The notes below the pieces were generated by a model that saw nothing but the letters and a program-made list of their open reading frames with translations, did no database searches and was not told the origin of the DNA. From assembly GCF_036321535.1 (NCBI RefSeq), contig NC_087436.1, positions 76,944,001 to 77,008,000 of the forward strand: a stretch of DNA of 64,000 nucleotides. Reading direction: 5' to 3'. Position 1 is the first letter of the stretch, and every line of letters starts with the position of its first letter. The position numbers were made by a program, and so were the translations under genes. This document shows positions 11,701 through 22,790 of the stretch, in pieces. The DNA comes from Camelus dromedarius (taxonomy: Eukaryota).

Positions 11701-12448
11701 ACCTGTGGTGGTTGCTTTCAGTAGCACCAGTTTGTCCTGCTAGAAGTCATACCCAGAAGCCATTAAGCCAGTTGACTACAACTTAGATCCAGGAGAGAAA
11801 ATGAATTAAACAAAGCTCTCAAAGACTATCCAGCTCAAAGCTGAACTCCAGCAGAAAGGCAAGTGGAACTTGAGATCCCTCAGATAGAAAGTTTTAAACT
11901 TGAGAAAGGTAGGTTATAACTATAATGACAATAGTTACAGTAGTAGCAGCAGCATGAAAAACAGTTAACATTGATTGAGAAAGAGAGAAAAATGTGTCAG
12001 GAGTAATGATCCCAGCAGTTGGGACCCTGGCTATAAGATTATCCATCTTTTGCATCTCTGGCTGTCCCAGAATGAGCCTGGGAAAGATTAATTCATTTAT
12101 CAGCTATTGAACCCACTGTAATCCTTGCTAAGGAACAGGCCCATAATGGGATTGCCATGTATATTTATTAAAAACAAAGTGCCCCCTCCCCATACATGTA
12201 AACCTTTATTCAGCTCAGCAAGTCTGCCTCTTCTTGGCTCTAAGTTATCCCTTAGAAAGTTCCTTACTCTCCATGGTGAGGCTAGACAATGCAATACCCC
12301 TCCATGAAGTTACTCTCTGCCTCCCCCAGTCTCCTCATAAGCCCTTTCCAGAGACCTCCCTGTGGGAAATATAAGTTTAGGAAAAATTCTCCACTGTCTG
12401 TCTGCTTCTTTGGCATCCTCTTGTCTTCCAGTGTGAATATGTAAATAT

Positions 12449-12450
<2 letters not shown>

Positions 12451-12483
<33 letters not shown>
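12451..12483. repeat. (GT)16 microsatellite
   Basis: Direct read. Confidence 0.95.
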
Positions 12484-12484
<1 letters not shown>

Positions 12485-15400
12485 TGCTTCGGTGATATGA
12501 TTAGAGGGGGGATGAGCCAGGACCTATAAAGAGAGAGAAAAAGAAAAACAATGTTTTCATTCTTATAAAGTAATAATCCTTCTGAGTAAGTTGTTCTTAG
12601 AGACTTTGCCTGCCTCCTATCACAGAAGTTGAGATATTTGGGGCCCCATTTCTCTACCCTGGGAGAAGAAACGACATTTCCATTCAAATACTCTCAAGAA
12701 TCAGATTTCCTTTCTTACCCTTTCTCCACCCTCCCACTTAAGTCATAAAAGGCACCACCTCGGGAATCATTCATCAACCTCTCTCCAGCCTTCTCTTCCA
12801 AAACAATACTGCAGTTGTCTACACATGTATTTTTTACCATAACTGCCAGAAGCCTTGTTAAAGTGGAGCAAGGCAAAAAATACCCTCACTCTTCATTGTC
12901 ATCCCTCTAATCATTTAATTGGAAATAAAATCCCAGGGAAAAGAGCTCCAAATATATGCATAAACCCATTGTTCCATTGAATTAGATAAAACCATTGACT
13001 GAGATGCATTTTTATAGTACTGTTTGGGGCTGAATAAGTGCTTCAGCCCTTCATTAGTGTCAGTGAATTCCAGTAAGTAATACTGCAGAATGATCTAAAA
13101 GTAGTTTATGTACCATTTTAACCCATACATTTCTAGAGAAATAAAAACAATCTGTAGATTTTCTTTACCTCCTATTAACAATTTTCATTTAGATCATTTA
13201 TATTACCTAGCAAAATATGTACCACTTTAAAAACTGGAAAACCTTCAAAGTAGAAATTTCAAAGCTAATCTTACTAATATTTTTTTTGTTATGTGTATTA
13301 TTTAATACCTAAGACAAAGAGTTGGTTGGATTCATAAAATATAGGAAATTCTTTTATTTGGGCATTTTATCTAAAATCAGTAGGGGAAATCTAAGTGAGC
13401 AGCAAATAAGAGAAACTGAGAAGAGATATCTGATGGCCAGATTCTCAGTATATAACTCCCCTCTTGGATGTATAGAATCTTAATTATTTTCTAGACTTAG
13501 AAGATCAAGCTCCCTCATTCCCAATTTAAATACCAAAAACATTTGTTATTTTATACAAATCAGAGTCTAGGTTTCAGTACCTCAAAGGAGACATAATCTT
13601 AGTGACCTTTATATTTAAGAAAGGAAAGGCTAGGGAAAGGAAAAATGCCTGCCATTTAGAGTTTAAGCGTAAGAATGCCCATATACTGCAGTGGGTGCTT
13701 TTATATTTACAATATGTAGGAGGATTTTTAAAAATGGCTTGCATGGACAGATGACTTGTCCTGGGAAAGACTCTAAGGAGTGTTCTGTTCAACAGTTTAA
13801 TGGAATTAGTTCAAAGACACTGCTACACACACACACACACACCATTGCTGTAGTTTCTAAGGGACCACAACTCTCTTATGGCTACTTCTTTATCTTAATT
13901 TGCTGGGGATTTTTACACCTGCATGTCTCCTGTCCTTTCTTTTTCCATTTCTTCTCTGAATTCATGTAAGTGAATTCTTTAACACTGCAAGTTATTTTTC
14001 AGATGTTTCAGGCAATTCTTTTGACATTTCTAATCCCACCATTCTTTCTTTAAACAAGTGATGGGGGGATGCTTTGTGGGGGGGTAATGAGTGGAGCACC
14101 CAGTTATAAGCCAATTGGTGGCTAAATAACTTTGCAGATTCTTATATAGAAATACGTGAAAGCCCTCAGCATTGAGTCTTGGTCGTTACATGAGTTGCCC
14201 TTGGCCAAACTATTTAAAAGTGTGCACACATGCATAAGAGGAATGATATGTTAAGATGAAGGACAGCTGCAGTTTGAGAAGGTTTATTTGAAAAGTCAAT
14301 AGCTAACCTGGAAATTCAGGAAGAATTCTCCCCTTCCTCCCTGGTATATGAGGATCTTGCAACTCTTCTTTCTCCAAGTCCCAGCTTAATCCTAGGCAAG
14401 GGGCTCTGTCCGATCAGAAGGAACTTATGTGGGGAGGCTGACCAGGGCTGCTGGGTGAAAAGAGAAGGGAGGAGAGAGAGAAGAGAACTCAGTGGGAAAT
14501 TCCTTACACATTTAAAAAAATTTCTTCTCAGCAAAATCCTTTCCGGGCCTCCTTGTTGTAGGCGCCAGCAAGGGAAGGCGCTTCGCGCCTCGCTGCTTCA
14601 CTGGGTTCCGGAGGGAGGTCTCGGAGCCAGGAGAGGATCAAGGTAACACTGTACACATCTTTCCCTTTTAAGCTACTTTTTGCCAACCCCAATATACTTA
14701 CCTTATTTCAGCACTGGCTAAAAAATGAGGCTGTCTCCTTAAACAGTGGTTCTGCTTCGTCCACTTTAGCCGGCTACACGTCCTATTTATCCTAAAGCTA
14801 ACAAATTGCCCTCTTCAATGTAGTGGTGTTGTGGGTGGGGCTGAGGGAGTGGGACTCTCTATACGACTCAAAAGTCTTTCTTCCCTTAGGAGCAGAGAGT
14901 TAAATGTCGAAAAAGAACCCCGAGAACTCCCAGCAAAAATGTGTTGCGACCTCTGTTGAAGGAGTCAACTTTCAGGCTGTTAAAGACCTCAAGTCATTAG
15001 CATCAGCTGCTGCACTAAAGGGGCAAGCCAGCGCCTCTAAGTGGCTTAGTGCACAAACGAGGCTCCCGAGACGGGCTCGGCAACTCCATCCGCTCTTCCA
15101 CCACCTGCTGGAAGTGAAAAGCTCTCCGGAGCCCATCCCGGTAATAATTTTTACTTTAACTTATCCTCCGCAACCCTAGGGGGTCTTAGAATACCGACCG
15201 CCCACAGCAAGGGACCCCCTATGCAGCACGCGCCAGGCAGAGGCGGAAGAGCAGGAAGAGCTGGTGTCCCCGTAACCTGGGTTCCTGCCACCCATCTCCT
15301 CTTCACTTCTTCCCCGGTCAAGCACTTGTGTCCTGGGACCAGAAGATCCCTGTAAATCCCCTTCCGAGGTCTGGCAGCGTTCCCACAACATCCCCCTTAC

Positions 15401-15539
15401 CCATCTCCGTTTTCAAGGAAAGACTGAGCCAAGTTCTCACCAAAGCGCATCCTTTCTGAATCTTGCTCCTAAAGGCTTGGTAGTGTGAGCGCTCCTAGAT
15501 AGAGCTGGTGCGCGTTTATCACCCCCAGGCAACTAGCTG

Positions 15540-16016
15540 CGCACATCAGCCGCGGCTCAAAGACCGGAGAATCCCTTGGGACTAATCCACGCCCCTCCCC
15601 CCATCCCCTTCACAGAACTCAGACTCTGGAAATGAACACGGAGTCCGTGCGTGTGCTGAGTGGCCAGCTCTCTACCAGAGGTTCTCCAGTGCCAATCGAA
15701 ACAGTAAAAGGCCCTCTCCAGGTCTTTTGATACTTCCCTTTCCGACCCCGAAACTGATTTCCCCCTACCAGTCCCAGAGGGCCGAGGCTTTAGGAGGCGG
15801 CGGGCAGGGCCGCGCTCTGAGAGGCGTTTCCACTTGGGGCAGGCGCTCAGGGGCAGCGGGGCGCGGGCAGGCCGGAGAGATCGCTTCCAGGCAGGCAGCG
15901 CCGGAGGGAGCGCCCAGCCCAGCAAAGAGTTAAAGGGAGGGGACGTGGGCTGTCACGCGTCATTGGGCAGATTATGTGCAGCAAACAAAAAGTGTGTGTC
16001 TGCGTGCCAGTCAGTC
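15540..16016 (+). promoter_or_regulatory. PRDM8: PRDM8 proximal CpG-rich promoter
   Basis: CpG-dense. Contains GTCACGCGTCA (CRE-like half sites, about 15952-15962), reverse CCAAT (ATTGG 15962-15966) and an Inr-like TCAGTC. CpG richness resumes at 16460-16850 in the first intron. Confidence 0.7.
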
Positions 16017-16268
16017 ACTGCATCGGGTCCATCTGTACAACTCTTTTCTCTTCTCTCTCTCTCCTCTCTCTCTCCTCTTACTCTCCCCTCATTTCTCTCT
16101 CCACATCTCTCCATCTCTCTCCTCTCTTTAGGCAGGGCCTTCACGACTGCAACACCAACACCTCTTGACATGGAAATACACTGATACAATAGGCAAAAGA
16201 AATACTCGATTGCATCTCCTGTTTCCAGGTGGCCTTATTTGGTCGATTTGATCCTGACCTTATTCCTG
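16010..16268 (+). other. PRDM8: PRDM8 non-coding first exon (5' UTR); 5' end approximate
   Basis: Perfect donor CTG|GTAAGT at 16269. Initiator-like TCAGTC at 16011-16016, with CpG-rich DNA on both sides. The coding exon has only 2 nt before the ATG, so an upstream UTR exon is required. Confidence 0.75.
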
Positions 16269-18546
16269 GTAAGTATTTGCATTGATGGAGGAGGGGGATG
16301 GGAGGAAGGCAGGTTTGATGGGAAGAGTGGAAAATGTTGTCCGCTGTCTCCTCATTATCCAGAAGAGGGGGGAAATAATTGTTGAGGGGCTCTCCACTTC
16401 CAGTAGGGTAGGGTTATACAAAGGGAGGAGTGGGTGGAGAGCACTTTGCCCAAGAAGCAAGGGACTGGGGAGCGCGCGGCTGCCAGACAATGCCTGCCTA
16501 CGGGAGAGGGCGAGCGGCAGGCGGCAGCGACGGCTTTCGGCGAGCGCAGCCGGCTCTGGGAGGGTCCCCCGGGCGCCTGAGAACCCGGGCCTAGAGGAGG
16601 ATGCTGAGCTGTGAAAGGTTGGGTGGCAAAGGCGGCCGCATGCGGGCGACAGAGCCCAACCGTCGCCCAGCAGTTATTGTGACCGGCTCGAGGCTCGTGG
16701 CGGCCGCCGCGGCGACGCGAACTCCTATTAGCTCGGCGTAGCGAGGATCTTTTCACCGTATTGTTAGGTAGAACTGCATTTTAATGATTGCGTCCCTGCT
16801 GTTGCCCGAAGTGACGGGGCGACCTCCCGGCACAATGAAACGCTTGTGTGAAAGAGACTTTTAAAAGGAAGAGAAAAATTGGGGCATAAAACGCTGAATT
16901 GAGGAAATTGAAAAAAGAGAGAATAGGACTCCGTTGAAAAGGAGGTTTTGAGAGGTTCTGAGGGATTTTTTAAATGTGTCTAAATTTGCAACTGGAGATG
17001 AGAAAGGCTACCTCGTGTGGGGTAAAAATGCCCAGGGATAGACGCTGTAGCACAATAAAGTAAGTTCCCACTTTGTGGGTATTTTTCTCTTATTCCTGTC
17101 TGGCAGATACAGCCCATTACTTGACATTTGAAGGATATAGCAGAGTGAATGGGAAAGAGCTGACCAAAGTTTCATGCTCTGTTAGCTGGAAAGGAAAAAA
17201 AAAAGCACTATCTTGTAATCACATCTGCAAGATTAATTGGTTAATAGACATTAAGATAAAAATGGACATTACTCATATAATTTCATTAAAAAATAGCTTC
17301 TTAGGAAAAGAATCAGTCTCTTCTTTCCTGCTTCTTAAATTATACAAAACATACATAAATCATTGCCACGTTATTGGGGAAAAACCAACTTGAGAGAATC
17401 TTTTAATCAGTCAGAAAGAGTGAACAATGCAGTTACTCAAAGCTACTTTAAAATTTAAATATCTGTTTTGTTTGTTCGTTTAATGGTAAGTCTTGTGGGG
17501 GGGGGGGGTGTCCAGCGGTAAAGGAAGGGAAAATGTCTCTTTATGACAGCTTAATAGAGAGCCCTCCGTTGGGGCATTACTTTCTAGATTGCTGCGGATT
17601 AAACAGCTGGAGAGCCCACCGAGGTCTACTCAAGCAGGGCTGCCCTCTCTTGCCCAGACAGGGTCCTATCTGGGAAAACAGGAATTCACCAGTCATTACA
17701 CATGTGGTATTTCAGACAGGGGACACTTCAGGCCTGCCCTGTACCTGCTCACTTTATGAGGCGCATGCGACTCTATCCACCCCCTTGTATAACAAGGTAA
17801 CTGGGATTCACTCTCATCCATAAATAAGCATGTCGAGAAAAAAATAATTACCTCTGCTCGCTGCTTTTAATTAAAGCCTCGGAGGGACAGTGTTGGATTA
17901 TGGTAATGAGCAGACATACGTCCCCTCTTGTAGGCTGCAGAGAAAGGTTAGCTGACACCGAATCAGTGGCCCTGACACTCCACTTGAAATCCATTCGCCA
18001 TGCTCCGCTGTCTCCGCCTGCTTGCTCATGCTGCTTCCCTCTTTGGAAGAAAAAATAATAATAATAAAATCAGCTCCTGGGCACCCAGTTCAATACATAA
18101 GAGGAGAAGAGAGGAGCTTTCTTCTAAGGGTTAAAAGCTTCTTTCAGTCTGGAAAGTCAATAGTCTAGTAAAATATCCTATTGTTCTCCCCTAGTCTCCG
18201 ACTTCCCCCCAACCCTGCCCATTCTCCCCCAAGGTAAAGCAAAAAAGCGATCTTCTCTTTCCTAACCCTCTGTTTTTCTTCCTCTCAAGCAATCACTCTA
18301 CTCTGAGCTCCCCCATTGAAATATTTTTTTTTAATTTTTAAAGGAAAAGAAAGTACTCTTAGTTGGCATCTTCAAAATATGCCAGATTTAATCTGCTGTT
18401 GGCTTTATTTCTGAAATAAGAGCTATGGAAAATTCAGGCAAATTCAAGAAAAATCTGTCTAGTAGTTAAAATATTCTTCCTGGATTCATAGAGGCAAAAG
18501 GAGTAATGTAATTCGCTTCCACTGTCCTTTGTATCTGTCTCCAGTG

Positions 18547-18765
18547 ATGGAGGATTCGGGCATCCCGCGAGGCATCTGGGATGGAGATGCCAAGGCTGTC
18601 CAACAATGTCTGACAGATATTTTTACCAGCGTTTACACTACCTGTGACATCCCTGAGAACGCTATATTTGGTCCCTGTGTCCTGAGCCATACTTCCCTGT
18701 ATGACAGCATAGCTTTCATAGCTCTAAAGTCCACCGACAAGAGAACAGTCCCTTATATCTTCCGG
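18547..18765 (+). CDS. PRDM8: PRDM8 coding exon 1 (aa 1-73, N-terminal part of PR/SET domain)
   Basis: Translates MEDSGIPRGIWDGDAKAVQQCLTDIFTSVYTTCDIPENAIFGPCVLSHTSLYDSIAFIALKSTDKRTVPYIFR, recognisable as the PRDM8 N-terminus. Acceptor ...tgtctccAG ends at 18544, ATG at 18547, donor CGG|GTAAGT at 18766 (phase 0, 219 nt). Confidence 0.98.
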
Positions 18766-19766
18766 GTAAGTCTTGGCTGATGCTACGTAGGGTATGAGGG
18801 TAATATCCTGTTGAAAATGAACTAATAGTCATTTTGATGACAAGCTGAGACAGCTTCTGAAATCTGAAAATGCAATGATGTGAGAACACATTTTATCTTA
18901 CACACCAAAAATTAGAAAAGGAAAATTAAACTCAAAGTATTGTCAACTGATTTTCTGAAATAAATGACAAATTTGATTTTGAATGCCAGATATGTCTAAA
19001 TCAGTGCCTCAGTTCTGAGCTTTCCTGGACATGAACACCACTTCCTTAACTCTTTGGGAGAGTTCACTAGGGTTGTGGCTATTTGCATACTAAGTACTTT
19101 CTATAAGTACTTTAATTATAAATATTGGGTGCATTTGCCTTCCAACCCCCGAGGTCTCTTGTTCCTGGGAGTATTACTCTTGCTGGTAAAGCTAGCTAGT
19201 GCCAAGAGTTCATATTTAAATAAAAATGTTAATGGTTTGACAATAAAACATCATTAAAGCCATATATTTGAGAGTGAAAAGTCCTCATTTCCTATTCTTT
19301 CTTTACAAAGAAAAACTATTAATTGTTTAAGCCAAAATTAGGAAGATAAGTGAATGCCGTAGAATAATTGATAAGATCTAAGCTTGCTTTTTACTTGTAA
19401 AACGAACAAAATCCCCCATACTTTTGCAATGGGGTAATTTAGAAATCAATTCTCAAGAGGTTAACACTAATTTGGATTGTAGGAAGGAACATCTTCATTT
19501 ATTGTTCAGCCAGTGTATGAAAACGATGACTTAAATAATCTATATATAATTGATTCAGCTTGCAAGGGATGTCATCCTGCCTGCTGGTGACAAACATGAG
19601 GGTGGGTGCCAACTTGGGTCAAGTTTTTGGAAGCTTGATCTCAGATAATTCATTGGAAAAGAATAAGGAGAAATGGCCCTGGCTCCCATGGCCATAGAAG
19701 TCTCACAAAAAGTCTCCCTCCCTCGGCCCCTCCCTTCTTGTATTCTTTCTTGTCTCTACACTGTAG

Positions 19767-19998
19767 GTAGACACCTCAGCGGCGAATGGTTCCTCAGAAG
19801 GTCTCATGTGGTTGCGTCTGGTCCAATCAGCCAGAGATAAAGAAGAGCAGAACCTTGAAGCCTATATAAAAAACGGACAGCTGTTTTACCGCTCTCTCCG
19901 CAGGATTGCCAAAGATGAGGAGTTATTAGTTTGGTACGGGAAAGAACTGACTGAGTTGCTCTTGCTCTGCCCCTCTAGATCCCACAGCAAAATGAATG
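19767..19998 (+). CDS. PRDM8: PRDM8 coding exon 2 (rest of PR/SET domain)
   Basis: Pyrimidine tract then ctgtAG ending at 19766. Translates VDTSAANGSSEGLMWLRLVQSARDKEEQNLEAYIKNGQLFYRSLRRIAKDEELLVWYG..., including the PR-domain signature ELLVWY. Donor G|GTAGGT at 19999 (phase 1, 232 nt). Confidence 0.98.
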
Positions 19999-20407
19999 GT
20001 AGGTTGGCTCTCGACCTGCGTATGGGCCCTTAGCAAGCGGGGAGCAACTCGGGGAGCAACTCAGGGAGCATCGGGGCTCACTCTGGCGTCTCGGCGCGCC
20101 TTTCCTCCCTTGGGGTGCCTCAGAGAAAGCCTCTAAGATATAGTTCGGAATGAAGCTGGGACAGATGGGTGAGGATAAATCGGGGCACGCTTGGCTTAAT
20201 TACTGTACGGCCCCCAAGTCAGGTGGCAAAGTCGGATTAGGCCTTACTGGATATTCTGTTCTTGGGCACTCAGTCCCTGATAGGTAACGGTGGATTTGTG
20301 AAGAGGGTGATGGCAAACTGTCCTGCAGACGATGCTGAATAATCATGTGGTATGCGTGTGTGTGCGTGCGCTTGTGTGTCTGTGTGTGGCGTTTGCTCAC
20401 TAAGCAG

Positions 20408-22035
20408 GGTCGTCCCCTTACACATGCCTGGAATGCAGCCAACGTTTCCAGTTTGAGTTCCCCTATGTGGCGCATCTGCGCTTCCGCTGCCCCAAGAGAC
20501 TTCACAGCGCTGAGCTGAGCCCCCGAGAGGAGCAAGGCGGCGGCGTGGGCACCAAGGATCACGGGGGCGGCGGCGGCAAGGATCAGCAGCAGACGCAGCA
20601 ACAGGAGGCACCCTTGGGTCCCGGCCCCAAGTTCTGCAAAGCCGGCCCTGTCCACCACTACCCGGCCGCCTCCCCCGAGGGCGGTAACCCGCCTGCGGCT
20701 GGTGGCGGCGGCAGCGCGAAGCCGTCCACGGACTTTCACAATCTGGCCCGAGAGCTGGAGAACTCCGGGGGAGCCAGCGGCTGCTCCCCAGTCCGGAGCC
20801 TCAGCAGCGGCAGCAGCGGCAGCGGCCACCAGGAGGCGGAGTTGAGTCCCGACGGCAACGCCGCGGGCGTCGGCAAAGGGAAGAGGAAATTCCCGGAGGA
20901 GGCGGGGGAGAGTGGCGGCGGCGGCGGCGGCGGGGGCGGCGCGGGGCTGGTTGGAGGCCGGGGCCGCTTCGCCGAGCGGCCCCTGCACGCCTCCAAGGAG
21001 GACCTGGTGTGCACGCCGCAGCAATACCGCGCCTCCGGCAGCTACTTCGGCCTGGAAGAGAACGGCCGCCTCTTCGCGCCGCCCAGCCCGGAGACGGGCG
21101 AGGCGAAGCGCAGCGCCTTCGTGGAGGTGAAGAAGGCGGCCCGAGCGGCCGGTCTGCAGGAGGAGGCGGCCGCCGACGGCGGGAGCACGGCCGCTGAGGA
21201 CCAGGACGCGGGCGGCGGCGGCTCCTCCACGCCCGTGGCCGCGTCTCCGGCCGGCGCCGAGAAGCTGCTGGCCCCCCGGCCCGGGGGCGCGCTGCCGGGC
21301 CGGCTGGAGGGCGGCAGCCCGGCGCGGGGCAGCGCCTTCACCTCGGTGCCGCAGCTGGGAGGCGCGGGCGGCAACGGCGCCGGGGGCGGCGCGGGCGCGG
21401 GGGCCGCGGGCGGGGCGGGCGGCGGCCAGGGCGCCGCGTCGGACGAGCGCAAAAGCGCCTTCTCGCAGCCGGCGCGCTCCTTCTCGCAGCTGTCCCCGCT
21501 GGTGCTGGGCCAGAAGCTGAGCGCGCTCGAGCCGTGCCACCCCGGCGACGGTGTCGGCCCCACCAGACTCTATCCGGCCGCCTCCGACCCTCTGGCCGTG
21601 AAGCTCCAGGGAACCGCGGACCTGAACGGAGCTTGCGGGTCCCTGCCGAACGGCGGCGGCGGCGGCGGCGGGCTGCCCAAACAGAGCCCCTTCCTCTACG
21701 CCACTGCCTTCTGGCCCAAAAGCTCCGCCGCCGCGGCGGCCGCGGCAGCCGCGGCCGCGGGGCCTCTGCAGTTGCAGCTGCCCTCGGCGCTCACGCTGCT
21801 GCCACCCTCCTTCACCTCGCTGTGTCTGCCCGCACAGAACTGGTGCGCCAAGTGCAATGCCTCCTTCCGCATGACCTCCGACCTGGTGTACCACATGAGG
21901 TCTCATCACAAAAAGGAGTACGCCATGGAGCCCTTGGTGAAGCGAAGGCGGGAGGAGAAACTCAAGTGCCCCATCTGCAACGAGTCCTTCAGGGAGCGCC
22001 ACCATCTCTCCAGACACATGACCTCGCATAATTGA
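20408..22035 (+). CDS. PRDM8: PRDM8 coding exon 3 (atypical C2HC finger, Gly/Ala-rich linker, two C-terminal C2H2 fingers, stop TGA)
   Basis: Acceptor aagCAG ending at 20407 joins in frame (G|GG = Gly, then SSPYTCLECSQRF...HLRFRC). C-terminus CAKCNASFRMTSDLVYHMRSHH...CPICNESFRERHHLSRHMTSHN*. Spliced CDS is 219+232+1628 = 2079 nt = 692 aa plus stop. Confidence 0.98.
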
Positions 22036-22150
22036 CACGGAAAGGACCCCAGCTTTCCACGGGCGCATACGCACAGTCGAGCCACCTGCAGGAACAAACA
22101 CTCTAGGATATCCACCACCTCCTTGTGACCTGAAGCATCGCGCGCACATA
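20480..22150. promoter_or_regulatory. Intragenic CpG island covering the last PRDM8 exon
   Basis: Extreme GC and CpG density over coding exon 3. Confidence 0.75.
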
Positions 22151-22236
22151 CACACACATACACACACGTGCACACATGTGCTCTCCCCCACAGCCTTTAC
22201 ATCCAAATGTTTACCCGAGACCTACACTAGCGCGCG

Positions 22237-22238
<2 letters not shown>

Positions 22239-22271
<33 letters not shown>
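22239..22271. repeat. (CA)16 microsatellite in PRDM8 3' UTR
   Basis: Direct read; preceded by GCGCGCGC at 22230-22237. Confidence 0.95.
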
Positions 22272-22273
<2 letters not shown>

Positions 22274-22790
22274 CAGGATGGTGGATTTTTGATCTGGTGG
22301 GTTGGTTGAGGGGTTTTCTTTTGAATGCACGCATTTTCACTTTCCCAAAAACAAAAGTACATTTTTAAAAATGTCATATATTGCAACATATTGATGCATT
22401 TGTCATACGTTTCTACTTAAATTATTAAGCACTTACGATTTAGATGTAATAATTATATGTAAGGGCAAAATTTATTTTAGATATAAAGTAAAGGAGGAGT
22501 GTGAAATGCTTTCTGCATTTCTTGATTACAGTTTGTGTTCTTACAAAATAAGCAAAACAAATAAAAAGGGGGTCACCATTCAATTTAAATTTCCAGGGGA
22601 AGTGCATGTATCATGAAATGATTATGGACTTCAATGAAGAATGTCATCATTATGTAAATATGTATTTCCTTTTAATACAAAGTGTAATTTTGTGCCAGTG
22701 AAATGGAGTCTGAATAGTTACGTGTTTCTTTTATCCCTGGAAAGATTTATTAAACTTTATAGATTATCCGGATATGTTGGATGCTTTGAC

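Noticed and set aside
19764..19770. TAGGTAG alternative acceptor 4 nt into coding exon 2
   Set aside because: Use would frameshift. The second AG is imposed by the Val-Asp codons, and nothing supports its use.
20040..20070. Short tandem duplication GGGGAGCAACTC (and similar ones at about 8662, 28322, 40220, 46592)
   Set aside because: Ordinary slippage duplications of 2-3 units with no spacers. Not CRISPR-like and no sign of function.
20200..22206. 668-aa antisense ORF over PRDM8 exon 3
   Set aside because: It is in codon register with the sense CDS, so stops need sense TTA/CTA/TCA codons, which are rare in this GC3-rich exon. It starts at TTG and has no domain: a shadow ORF.
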